Below, in pieces: positions 25,055 to 37,700 of a stretch of DNA of 64,000 nucleotides. A program made the position numbers and the translations under genes. The stretch covers positions 43,278,001 to 43,342,000 of the forward strand of contig CM059432.1 of assembly GCA_030390025.1 (NCBI GenBank), written 5' to 3'. The DNA is from Squalus acanthias. Lineage: Eukaryota. The first letter of the stretch is position 1; every line of letters begins with the position of its first letter. The notes under the pieces were generated by a model, which worked only from the letters and a program-made list of their open reading frames with translations, was not told the origin of the DNA and did not search any database.

Positions 25055-26783
25055 GGTCCTGCTATTGGCTGTCCTGAGAGAGGACAGCAGGTGTCTCTCC
25101 TATGGAGCCAAGGCCACTCTCCTTGGACTGCACCTCAACACTCCTACGGCCTGGCAGGTGGGCAGTCTGGCACAGCTGGCTATGTGGCACTAATAAGGGC
25201 ACGGGCTGACTGGGTGGCAGGGAAACAGGCATGCATGCAGGACTGATGGGATGTTCTGAAAGCCCCTATCAACACTGGCCCCCAGAGACAAGATGGCAGC
25301 TGTCTCAGTTTCCACAAGTGAGATGACATGGAAGCTGTAATAGCTATCAGCAGAGGCTCCATCCAGGTGGGTGCCACCTTTGTGTTCATGGAACTAACCA
25401 CTTGTTCCATGTTGGACAGAATGGTCTGCATGCTTAGCCCAAAGCCCTGACACAAGTTGGAGCTGGACTCCAAGCCCATTGACAGGCTGCCCAGTGTATC
25501 TACTTTCCTGGTGTATGCCCATTAGCCTGCTTTGGTAGCCTGGACACTCAAAGTCTGCATCTGAGTCCTCTGTAGCAGCGCTAGTATGTGATCTCGCCCT
25601 CCGATGATGTTCTATCCCCCTGCCCTAAGCCCTGCACACTTGTGGCCAGTGACTCACCATGTGAAGACCCTCCTGTAACCTACCCTCTAAAGTCTGCCTG
25701 GTGCCAGTGTCTGAGCTGGCGCTTTTACGGTCAGATCGAGTGATGCTGTATTTTCAGGAAGGCTGGCCATCTCTTCCTGAAGTGGCAGCAGGGTTTCCAC
25801 ATCTTCAGCACCTGAAATAAAAGAGAGGGACAAGGATCAGCCATTACTTTGAAGGGAGAGCAGAGAAATAAGTAGCTTGTGAAAGCAGGTGCAGTTTGTC
25901 ATGCAGAGTGGGTCGGGTGAGATAGAAGCAAGAAGGGAAAAAGAGAATATGAAGAAACCTTGTGCTATGTCTCCTCCAGCATTGCCACTCGTACCTGCCA
26001 TGACTCTCTCCTTGCCTGTGATGGCCAGCACATTTTATCTCATATGGCGAGAGGATGTGCAGACGGGCATGGCCTCCTCTGGTCGCGGCCTTCTGCTGCA
26101 TGTTATGCATGCAGAGTAGGAAGTGCAGAATGTGTGAATAGGAGGAGAAACAGGTGGAGTAAATCATGGTGCAGTGATTGTGGAAGAGTGAAGGTAAGCA
26201 GGGGAGGGGAGTATTGTGAGTCTTGATGCTGGAGACCATGGAGGTGTGAGTAGAGAGTAAGAGGTAAGTATTCTAACCTTGACAATTCTGATGTGATTGA
26301 ACTTATTCCTACATTGCAGCCATATCTTGGGGGCTAAGCTCCTGGCTGTGACTTTCTCTGTAACCTCTTCCCACTGGCAGCAGAGCTGTTGCCTGGAGGG
26401 CTTTCTGCCCTCCCGGGGGAGCAAGAGCTCCTTCCTTCTGGCCATCACCTGCACCAGGGCCTCCAATGCAGCATCAGAGAACCTGGGGGATTGATCTGCA
26501 GGTCTTGCAACCATTTGTTTGTTCAGGAGTGATCCTTCCTGTTTGCCACCAGAGTACACCTCCCCTTTAAGAGGTGCTGCCTGCCTTTAAGTGGCATCAG
26601 TGAAGCCCAATTTCCCCACCCCCCCCAACCCCAAACAGGCGCACAGCCAATGAATAGTGCGGGTAGTGCTGGCTGCACGCCTGAGTCATTATAATGAGCT
26701 GTCAGCACCACATGAACTGGCACATGCAGCGCATGCCCTGCCCTCTGCGCATCCATTTTCGGGCACGATCGAATTTCTAGGTC
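25055..26783 (-). mobile_element. Partial PIF/Harbinger element with an intron-containing Myb/SANT-like DNA-binding pseudogene
   Basis: ORF 26164-26559 PRFSDAALEALV...WEEVTEKVTARSLAPKIWLQCRNKFN; next segment TRGGHARLHILSPYE; TIR-like cgaatttctaggtc ending at 26783. Confidence 0.8.
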
Positions 26784-26794
26784 AACACTTCCAA

Positions 26795-26905
26795 CACTGC
26801 AGCATCCCTCAGTACTGCACTGAAGTATCAGCCTAGATTATGCGCTGAAGTTCTGGAATGGGCTTGAACCCACAGCCTTCTGATTCAGAGGCAAGCATGC
26901 TACTG
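26795..26905 (-). mobile_element. DeuSINE head fragment
   Basis: cctcagtactgcactgaag...cttgaacccacagccttctgattcagagg. Confidence 0.75.
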
Positions 26906-27339
26906 AGTCAAGCTGATCTTGTGGAGCCAAAGCTGGCTGCATATTGGGAGTTTTGACTTCAGTACCTCTACAGCAGTCCTGTTCAGGAGAGATACGACAA
27001 CTGTACTTGTAAGTGCAGTCTCCAATGCAGACACCACTGGTGTTACCGTATGTTCAATAATAAACTGCAGTGCACATTCCCAATTCTCCACTGCAGAACT
27101 TGTGTGAGAAGATGGCACTGCAGATCTGTCTATTGTATTCTTCCAAACCACCTAGATGTATTTCCAATGTTGTGTGCAAGAATGCAAGTGACTTGTCAAT
27201 ATGGTCTTCTCTCCGCTCTCCTTTTGAAAGCATTAAGGTCTGTAACCCTATACAACTCAGCAGGAGCATACAGCCTGCTGGGATTCTGCCCTATACTCGA
27301 CAGTGTCTTATCCACCAGCACCACTGCTGCTCCTTATCA

Positions 27340-28330
27340 CTGATCAGTGCTTCATCTTCTGCGTCCTCATCAGTATCTACATTTCCTGCAGTGACTTTAA
27401 CTGCTCTGGTGCCTACTTCAAATAAGGGGAATTACTGTGCTCAATTATGTGATGCTCTCTAGGTGCAGCTGGTGGTTCACTAGGTTTTCCCCTCCTATAT
27501 GAAGAGAGAGCAGATGGTATATTATGAATAGATAAACTCATTTTGGGTACTGCATTGTAATTGCATACATTATTATGCACTTGTGCACAATCAATATGTA
27601 TGAATATAGTTGTGTAACAAATGGTGCAAGTCATTGACTATCTGATTAACATGGCACTTACCATTAGTTCTCTTCTCTCCTCCAACCTCCACAAACCCAA
27701 TGGCGCCCAAACACTTTCTCCACCATTGCTTCCTCATGTGGTGTGAGCACCTTCAGATCTGGAGGTTCATCACCTGTTCCACTCTGTGGCCTTTTATTGA
27801 AGGCAAGCTTTTCCTTTAAACATAAGGGCAGTGGGGATTGAAACATAGGGGGTGCATTTCCGCAGAGATTTGGTCGCAAAGCTGCAGAATCCCCAGGAAA
27901 ACAGCATAAATTATGTTTACCCTCATAGTAACCATAGAAATTCCTTCCTGCGGCCCATTCACTTTCCAATCTCGGCATGTACAATGTATTTCATCTAACC
28001 CTGCTGTTTTCAATTCTAACACCATGCATTCTTTCTAACATTTATCTGTGCCAGTACAGCATTTTTCAGAAATATATTTTCTAAGTACAACTTTCCCTCA
28101 TGCATATATGTCTTCTGCTCCTGTACAGTAATGTTAAAGCCTTACCGTAGTCCTTCATTTTAAATGGCACAACTTCTTTTGGAGTTCCTGTCAAGTTCTC
28201 TGAATTGCAGAGACAGCGCTGAGGCTGTCATGCTTATCGTGCTCAAGCATGCTGAGAGGTGTCCTCCACCACCCAAAATGTGCCTGTATCCCTAACAGCA
28301 ATTGCACACTCGACAGTGGATTTTCAGAAT
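27340..28330 (-). pseudogene. Decayed Harbinger Myb/SANT-like gene
   Basis: SLSAVSAIQRT*QELQKKLCHLK*RT followed by a gtaag donor; next segment KEKLAFNKRPQSGTGDEPPDLKVLTPHEE. Confidence 0.6.
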
Positions 28331-28715
28331 TGTCCAGATTTGTCTGGGTAAAATGTTTCATTAGCTGCTGCAGAAGGTTCACCTTGGCTGGCGGATACTT
28401 TTTCATTGCCTTTAACAAACTCACATTTCTCATAGTCAACAGTCCCCATGCTCCTCCTGTTTTCATTGACATTTCATTAAAATGGTCAAAAAAAAAGCCC
28501 AAATTTTGAAACTTTATTTTCTGACCAGAACAATGCTGGCCTCCATAGTTATACCTGGCAAAAAAAGCCGAATTCTTTTGTTCATGAAAAAAAATGCTGG
28601 GACATGGGTTTTCATTTACATTTACTGTTATGTTAAGTTTAATATATTCCATTGATAAATGTTTGCAGCTAAAAGATTACGCTAGTTTAAAACAAATTTG
28701 TGGTAAAAAAAAATG

Positions 28716-29607
28716 GGGGGAAAAAGTCGGTTGATTTGCGCCTCCCATTAGTGCCTTAAAAGGGCACTAATGGGGCGCAAAGCAACTAGTGCCCATACGC
28801 GGCGATGTTTGCGCCGCTCACGAAATTGACTAGACATTTTGCGGCGGCGCTAAACACTACCGCCACGATCTCCTGCGCCCGCAGATCGTGACGTGAGTCG
28901 AGTGTGCAATGCCCCGGTAGCGCCCCAGACCGGATATTGAGTGGTGCCCCCTGTCTTACCGCCTGCCGCTAGCAACGACAGGTTGAGGGGAGCGTTTTGC
29001 AGTCGGGAAGGGACTGGGGGAGCGCTATTTAAAGGTGACCGCTTCCTGCCTTTTTTTGTCGGCAAAATTTTTGCTCCACGCATTCAGAGTGAGAGAGAGA
29101 GACTGCAGGAGATATTCAAAGCTGTGTTGAGGAGGTTTGGGTACTGAGCAGCACTTTGCAGGTTCTTTTTGATTTGATCTTCCTTGCATCGATTTAGAAG
29201 AGACTCTGGGGGTTGCACTCTGAGCTCTTTCCCTGGGCCTCTCCATTGTTCTTTCCAACAGATTTGATGTACAGGTCTCTCCAGGCCGAGATTCAAGGCT
29301 GCAATGAGCAGGGTGTGGATGGAGAACAAGATCGACCCTCCCCTTTAAGAACTGGCCGGCGCCAGTGTGTCTGTGTTCCATTGCTGACTGACATCACATG
29401 AGCTTCGCCGGCGCTCTGAGGTAGCGCCTCGCTCCTCGACGTTAGCGCCTTAAGAGAGGTGTGTAGCGCCTGATTTAGCGCTCCAATCACCTCCGAGGGC
29501 GATAGAAGCCAAGTTTGCAGTCAGAGGTGATAATTAGTGCAAGGTGCAAAACTTTGCGCCCGGCCGATAATTGCGCCCCAAACGGGGCGATACTGAATTT
29601 CTCCCCC
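28716..29607. mobile_element. Harbinger non-autonomous element, copy 1 (~890 bp)
   Basis: TIRs gggggaaaaagtcggt / actgaatttctccccc; TSD ATG; colinear with 57869-58755. Confidence 0.88.
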
Positions 29608-31758
29608 ATGCTCTTTTAGGAGAGGTCTTATCTAATTTTGCTCCAATGTTCATATTCTGAACTCCCCCACCTCCCCCAAACTACCCTACCCCCCACCCCC
29701 CTAAAACAAAATCCTGTTAGACAATTATGGGTTCCTTAAGTTTGGAGAGAGGCAAAAATAAAAGGTTGCATTTACAGAAAAGATGTCACATTGTAGTGAC
29801 TTCAGAATGTTTTGTTGATTAATATGATTGCTGCATTGAATTGCAACGGATGATTCATTCATTTTAAAAAGGGAACCAGCATGTTAGCCCTGACCAGATG
29901 TTCTCTGCACTTTGTTAAATTAGTCTGGGAAAAAATGGTACTGGTACTGTTAGTAGCAAATATCTCTTCCAACCAAACACTAGGGTGTCTTGTCAGTTTC
30001 TGTACAAGGGCCACTGGAGCATGAGAAGCTTTTAATAGAGTACCCAGGTCTTCATCATAAATCAATCATTGGATAAGAGACTCTTTTAAAGAATTAGCTG
30101 GAATTGTTCAGTTTGATGAATTTCATATTGCAAAGAAGGTTTAATGACAGGTTCATGAAAGGTCACTGTTCCTCTTTCTAGCCCAGAGGCATATTTCACT
30201 GTACATGCAGCTTCAGTGGTCCCAGTTAGTTGTACAAAGAGTGTGAGTGGACACAGGATTAAGAACTGTTACTGTAGGTATTGATTAGACTTAGGCTCTG
30301 GGGATCTACCTTGGAGGTCTCAAAGAAATCACAGCTCCGTGTCAGCTTGGCTGGACTGCCATCACATCATGACATAGTTGTACCTTTGTGAAGCTTTTTA
30401 TTCCCCACTGATGTCAGTGTGGTCAGCATCCAGTCACATGCAGATCTTACAGCTGACACTCAGGGGACGCAAAGTAAAGTATGGAGACAGCTGGTGTCCT
30501 AGGCTGCTGTCTTTCTAGCATTCCTCTTTCTGCCTCCTTCTTGTGACCTTTGGCAGAGTTAAGTGCCTGCTGTATTTGGCTGGCATATGCCTTTGCCTGA
30601 ACATATGACGGGTGCAAATGAATTACATTGTTGCTTGCTGCATGATCTTCTTCGTACAGTATGTGTGCAAAACAACACCAATTTCCAACTGCAGCGTGAG
30701 GGTCACTGTTCACAGCACTCAATACTATTGGTAAGTCACCTTTAATCACAACATTTCACATTGTAGTGAAAAAATAATTTAAAGGATTTGGTATTTGCTT
30801 GATATTTTTGAAACCTATTTTTGGTAAGCAAGTGTTCATTTTACAGAAGATATAACTGTCACATGTCAGCAGGAAAAAAAATTCCAAGTCAATAGACACT
30901 CTTCTGTAAAACAGTCTTTGAGAATTATACAAAACGGAGATTGTGGAAATCGATAATTTACAGAACAGTAATATGGTATCTGATACTGAGAGTTAAAACA
31001 AAGCATATTATATCAGAGGTTGTGGTACATCAGAATATTATAATGAAAGGGCCACTATATTTGTCAGAGCACAGCGCATTCTTCTAGGTAACAGATATGT
31101 ATTAAAATTCACGATAAAATGTACAATTATTTTCATAAAGTATCAAGTTTTGTTATAGGGCTGGTCCTACTTTTGCTTTTATTTTCCACAAATGGCACCA
31201 ATTTTTCTTTTAGCTGATGAATTTTGTCCCATGTGGATCCTGCTCAGTGTTACTAATTGACTATTTGACACTGTCTAATACTCAATGCTTAAGGGGTGGG
31301 GAGACAAGTGGTATTTTCAACATAGAGTTTTCAAAGAATAAGAGATGTTAAACCTCTCTGTGTTTGCCATTTTTTTTTTAAAATGACTGTTTTTGTCACG
31401 AGGGACCCAAAAAGTGAGCAGTTGTGAAATTATTGAATAATCCTCATTCCAAATAAATGTTCTTATTTGAAACGTAATGTCTCACAGAGAAAGCTGGCAC
31501 ATGTCTCTTTTGTGAAAAATCACAACACAGCACCATGTTTGCCTATTTCTGTGTTTACGTCCAAATGAAATTTTCAGTTCTAAATAATGGCAGAGGAGCT
31601 GTACAGGATATTCTTTGGGTAACAGCTTTCTACCAACTGATTTAGATGATGTAGAGAGACATTTAAACTTTATTGTGCTCATTAATTCCATTTTGCACAC
31701 TTCACATTGCTGGCTGTGTATAATTAAATCTGTATGATTGGCCTTTTATTCATCATAC

Positions 31759-31804
31759 CCTCCATCAGTTTAATTATAGTGGATACTGTTCTGTCATATA
31801 ACAG
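31759..31804 (-). CDS. Candidate 46-bp exon LLYDRTVSTIIKLME
   Basis: aaattgtgtttcattgtag acceptor; GAGG|gtatga donor; phase 0 to 1 fits the neighbouring candidates. Confidence 0.4.
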
Positions 31805-32612
31805 CTACAATGAAACACAATTTATCTGTCATATTCAGGGTATTCTTTAAAGGGGCCTGCTAGCTCCTTCAGGTATCTGTCACTCAGATTTACTATACTG
31901 TGTGGTAATACAGGCCATAATGCTTCATTTGTCAACTTCATTGTTCTGCTCAGTTGGATGTGGCTTGTGAATATGACCAGGACGGATCATCTTAACCCCT
32001 GGCTCTGACACAGACTGATTTATTGGATCCAACAACATTCATTCATATGTTGCTGATAACAGAGCATCTGGTTAGAATTCTGGACATTTAAACAATACAG
32101 AGTAGGAAGTACTGTTGTCAATATTAGCAGGCAATGCTAAGGTGTTCATATGGCATTCATCTACTATAATAATGGAGCTGTTAACCCATTTGTTAACACC
32201 TCTGTTAAAATAGCAGACAGAGGATTCTCATATCAATTCATTAGCGTTCATTGGCCAATACCATCAACAGTAATTTCGAGCATGCTCTCTTTCTCCCTCC
32301 CTCTCTCTCTAGATTAGCTTTGCATTAGTTTAGCTTAGTGGTTTTGAAATTGACAATTGTTTAAACCACAATACTTAATTCCGCCTTCTGTTACTTAGCA
32401 CAAGCTTGAATCTTCTTGTCAATCAGTGATGCTTGTTATTAAGTTTTGTCTGTCTTCATCTTTTTATGCTCTTACCTACACACATAAATGTTGAAAGAAA
32501 AAATGGTTCTGCTTGTCAAATTTTCAGTTCTAGCATTCAACACTAAAGCTTCATTTTTCATAGTTTCACAAGTGTTCATTTATTGGGTCCCCCATAAAAA
32601 ATGCTAACTATA

Positions 32613-33045
32613 GGTGTCAGCCTAGACTTAGTGGTAGCAATCTTGCCTTTGAGTCAGAAAGGCATAGATTCAAGTCCTATTCCAGAGACTTGAGCACATA
32701 ACCTACACTGGCACTACAGTGCAGTACTGAGGGAGTGCTGTGCTGTTGGAGGTGCCATTTTTCAGATGAGACATGAAACCAAGACCCAGTCTGCCTTCTC
32801 AGGTGGACGTAAAAGATCCCAAGCATCATTTGAAGAAGAGCAGGGGAGTTCTCCTGGTGACCTGGCCAATATTAATCACTCAACCAACAATTAAAACCGA
32901 TTAGCTGGTCATTTTTCTCATTGTTGTTTATGGCACCTTGCTGTGCACAAAATGGTTGCCATATTTTCCTACATTACAACACTAACTATACTTCAAAAAG
33001 TACTTCATTGTCTGTAAAGCACTTTAGGACGTCATGAGATCTTTC
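32613..33045 (+). mobile_element. SacSINE1-like DeuSINE
   Basis: tRNA head, Deu-like body, tail tgtaaagcactttaggacgtcatgag. Confidence 0.88.
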
Positions 33046-34068
33046 TATTGGCATTTCCAAAAGCAATGTCCCAGATAACAACTACTGTATTTATCTTATC
33101 TAAACTTATGACCTCTCATTATAAAATTATATGTCAATAAATCTATGATTTCCTTTACAAATTACTGCTTGAAAGTGGCAGCATTGCTTGGTTGTAATTA
33201 CTGAATGAATTTATAACAGCAACGTTCTCTTCATTTTCCTTCAGTTCTATATCTTGTGTTGACGTTAATTGTATTAACATTTTCTTTTTGTGCCTTAGCA
33301 AACAAATGTTTCAAGTATGGCCGTTAGATGTATGGTACTCTGGTATTTTCATTCATCATACACGTTGATAACATTAAAAGTCCATCACGGATTTAGGATG
33401 TTGGTGCAGAAATGGTACTTCCCAGTGACTTGCATACAAATGAGCAGTTTTACTGTGATTGTCTGCGAACCCTTTATATTTGCATTCTGAAGATCTTGTT
33501 CTAAGATGGTGGCTTATATTTAATACTGAAGTCGATCCTTCAAAGAAAAACACCCATCTATTAATTTAACATTTTCAGCTTGTCTGATGCTAAACGATGA
33601 CTGTTAATTTCTGTTTGATGTAATTATTCTGTAAATGACAATAATTCTTATTTTTTACACATTTAAACAACGCAATGTAGAATACAAGAAGACTCCATGA
33701 AATAGACTTTGTTTGCGGCTGCCATTTTGAAAATATCCTATTTCAAAATGATAGATGTAAAATTGAATTCAGCTTATTATTTTTGTACTAAAGCATTTTA
33801 GTATTTGGTTTGAAATATTTTAGTCCCTTGTTTTTTGTTCTGCATTTAAACAAGTTGTTTTAAAATCTGATTTAAAAAAAATATATAACTTGGGTGAAAC
33901 CTTCCAAAAATTCTTGGCCTTGAATTTCAATGAAGTGACTTATACCTTTGTTGTACCTTTAAAAAAAATGTGTTCGCTACTGACCTGCAAAGTGAGTTAC
34001 ATGCAGGTTTTCGAGGTCTGCTCATTTGCAATCCTATTGGTGCAGTCATTGGTGTAAAACTGGCACAA

Positions 34069-34397
34069 GACACCCTCAAAGCCTCCTTGAAAAAGTGCAA
34101 CATCCCCACCGACACCTGGGAATCCCTGGCCCAAGACCGCACAAAGTGGAGGAGAAGCATCCGGGAAGGCGCCGAACACCTCGAGTCTCTTTGCCGGGAG
34201 CAAGCGGAAGCCAAGCGCAAACAGCGGAAGGAGCGCACGTCAACCCTAGCACCCCACCGACCCGCTCCTTCAACCATCGCCTGCCCCACCTGTGACAGAG
34301 ACTGTCGGTCCCGCATTGGACTCATCAGTCACCTGAGAACTCATTTTTAGTGTGGAAGCAAGTCATCCTCGGTTCCGAGGGACTGCCTAAGAAGAAG
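34069..34397 (+). mobile_element. RTE-clade LINE 3' fragment
   Basis: DTLKASLKKC..WESLAQDRTKWR, C-terminal CPTCDRDCRSRIGLISHLRTH, short 3' UTR, (AAG)n tail; imperfect 13-bp TSD aaaactggcacaa / aaaactgtcataa. Confidence 0.9.
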
Positions 34398-34560
34398 AAA
34401 ACTGTCATAAAATGGGTATAAGCTGCTTACCTACCTGGAAACTTCAGTGCAGCCTTTGAAAAGACAGTTCGGCCTGTACCCTTCAGTAGCAGACTGGGGA
34501 AAACAGGTAAGAAAGGAGCAGTGTTTGGCTCTCGCTTCACCCTCAAATAACGTCAATATA

Positions 34561-34883
34561 TTGCCCATCGCTAATTGCCCTTGAGCAGGTGGTGGTGAGC
34601 CACCTTCTTGAACCGCTGCAGTCCGTGTGATGAAGGTACTTCCACACTGCTGTTAGGGAGGGAGTTCCAGGATTTTGACTGTCTAGAAGGACAAGGGTAG
34701 CAGGCGCATGGGAACACCATCACCTTCAGGTTCCCCACCAAGTCACACACCATCCTGACTTGGAAATATATCGTCATTCCTTCATCGTCGCTGGGTCAAA
34801 ATCCTGGAATTCCCTTCCCCACAGCACTGTGGGAGTACCTTCACCACATGGACTGCAGCAGGTTTGGGAGGTGCTGTCGAAGA
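34561..34883 (-). mobile_element. Rearranged 3' fragment of the CR1/L2-group LINE with an internal inversion
   Basis: Matches 21915-22185 in -, then +, then - orientation. Confidence 0.85.
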
Positions 34884-36687
34884 TCAATAACCTTTTATCA
34901 GAACTGTCGAGCCTGCCAGGAGTTCGATCTACATTATGGAATTGATGCCCGAGTGTTAAAATCTCTCCAGGCCTGAGACGGCACCGGCTGTAAGTTTACT
35001 GCTTGCCCCATTGCACAGATCATGCCTCCCGATAAAATCACCCCCTAGTGTCAGAATTTTGTTAAGTAGCCCTCTTCCTGTCACACGACCTAGAGCTGCA
35101 TGAAGAAAGTCTGGCACGGTGGGAGTTAGCAACAGAAACAGAAGATATAAACCCCTGTAAAACAATAGTCAGAGAGCTGTGAAAATTATAAATACAATTA
35201 AAATGAATGAAAAGAAGACGCTTCTCGGAGTTAAGATAACAGTAAAACTTTCCAAATTTGTTTTGTGACTTATGAAATGATCTGACCCCTTGGGTTACAG
35301 ACTTGTAATGCAATCCACACCATCGTTTTGTGTTTACTTAAAATATTATTGGATCTGCAAAATTGCTAATTTAGAACCCAGATAAAAAACTGTATTGAAA
35401 GAATTGCTATATCAGCACGATACATGCTGTAAAACAGATTAGCTTCTTGATAAAATCTTCTTGCTAAACAGTCAATTGTAAAGTTGCTTTACACTAAAAA
35501 ACTTAAATTATCCAATAATTTAAATAAAGTAATATAATTCATGCAGCAAAGTGGGAATTCAGTGCTAAAAAAATTGGTCATCTGAATTAATTGGCTTCGA
35601 ATTAAGAGGAGTAGATTATATTCGAGCATTAAAATAGCCCCATGAAAATTTTGATTGCGAGTTTTCATATGGTGTGCTATCTCTTTCAATCTGCAGCTGC
35701 GTTTCCCAATTTGCCAGCATTCATTTTGACAGGTAGCGTTTGTAAACTGCTGGGCCTCTGCCTTTCCCTGGCCACTTGATGTGGAGGAAATTATCAACTA
35801 ATACAGTAACCAGATGATCTTACAGTCAAAAAGCTGCATTGCCTTAGAACTCTCACTTGCAACAATTTACAATAGGTGATATGATTACATTTTTGAGGGA
35901 TTTAATATGGAAATCTATAAAAGATTTGTGTCAAAAGGTCAAATTCTAACTTAATCAGGAGGGTATTATTGATCCATCAAGAAGTCAATGTTTGCATCCA
36001 ATGTCACTTCTGAATATTTTTATTGGACTCACTTTGAAAGCTTGAAAAAAATGTTTCCTGATAAATGGAATGACCAAGACCTAGTCATTAAGCATTCTAA
36101 CAGTGTATTCAAATCAAATCATTTTAGGAGTGTGCCGGTGAGACAAGTTAGGCCCTGGACCAGTTGGTAATTTCCTCCACACTCAGATTGCTGGAAAGGC
36201 AGGTTGATGAGCCTGGGCAACGTGGTTACAAATTTGAAGAGCCGACATTGTATTTCATTTGACCAGGGACCCAGGGCTTAAGTGAAAAATAATTGTACAT
36301 TTACGTCCTGCTGGTGTCTCAAGTCCCTGGTCCTATGAAATATACTACTGAAAATTTCTAGTGTTATGGTACATGGCCTCCCACAAATGCTTTATTCATG
36401 GGTACCTAGTTTTCTAACTTTGCTGTTCTTTTTTCTTTAATTTGGGAGCATCCCAGGGCTCTGACTTCTCTCCTACTGTGTTCCTTCACTTATCATCCAA
36501 CACTATCTAATCTTTTGATTATGATTCCACTCTACATTCAATGACTTTGTTAAGGATTACATGCCCTCAGTGCTCAGAATCTCCAGAACTCTCGCAGTGC
36601 AATGTCTCAATCACTACATCTTAATATCCAAAATGCCCTTCATTCGGCCAATGAAAATCTTGTTTATTTCAATTCTTCAAAGATAGT

Positions 36688-37444
36688 GGCCTGGAGTATC
36701 CACTCGGTTGTGCTGGTTTTTTAGGCGCAATTCGCCTGAAATCGGCGAAACTAGTACAAAAGATCGCGGACTTTTAAGCACAAATTATGTCCAGCGCTAA
36801 TTGAGTTACTGCGATCTTTTGCACGAGTTTAAAAAACATCGTGCTAGAAGCAGGCCCTGCCCACAAAACTGGCCACGCCCCCTTTTGAATTAATCACCAG
36901 TGCGAGTTACTTCGCTAATTATGCTTGATTGCGGGCCTTTGAGGAGGCTTTAAAAATTAAGCTTTCTTTAGGCGCAAGGACACTAATAGGCATGTTTTAA
37001 AAGCTTTTGAATATATATATATTTTAATTTACTAAGAAACTGAGTACTGTACATCAATATAACTAGCAAATGGTTCTGTATAGATTTTTAAAGTCATTTT
37101 CAGTTAGTTAAAATTGGGTTACTCACAGGTGGTGGACTAGACACGCTGATTAAAATGCTTATTTTTTGTGATAAACCTATTTTGAGTTGTATTAATCAGA
37201 CTGCACCAAGTTACCACTCTTAACTATATCAAGGAATATTTTTTGAAGCAAAATTTTTTTCAAAACTTATGTTCTAGAACGCTGCCCGATTGCGCTGGTT
37301 CATGGTTTATTTTGCATTCGGGAGTATGCAAATGAGTTTGTGCGGAAACCCAAGGGGAAAAAACACACTTCCGAAAACTAGCGCAATTTTGTGCGCAATT
37401 TGCGCCCGGATCGCCGATTGCGCTCAAAGGGGAAACTCTACCCC
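36688..37444. mobile_element. Harbinger-type MITE with CpG-rich arms and AT-rich core
   Basis: Imperfect TIRs ggcctggagtatcc / ggaaactctacccc; flanks agt/agc. Confidence 0.6.
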
Positions 37445-37489
37445 AGCTTCTTCAAGTCTTGTAAATGTAATCAATAGCTAACAACTTTT

Positions 37490-37700
37490 ACCTTTGATGA
37501 CTTTATCCTTAGTCTTTCCTAATCTATCAACATTCTTGGCCTCACTACCGCCTCGTCCTTCAAATGGAACACCCACATCTCCACCATTACTAAAGCTGCT
37601 AAAATGAAGCTTGGTTTCTTCTTTTGTGCCAAACACTTCTTTTCCCCTCAACAACTTTTAACTCTCTATAATACCCAAGTCTGTCCAAGACTTGAATACT
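37490..37700 (+). mobile_element. Old LINE RT C-terminal fragment (CR1/L2/Jockey group)
   Basis: WNTHISTITKAAKMKLGFFFCAKHFFSPQQLLTLYNTQVCPRLEY. Confidence 0.7.

Noticed and set aside
26164..26559. Host NAIF1/MSANTD gene
   Set aside because: Adjacent to a TIR and degenerate in downstream segments; better explained as a Harbinger relic
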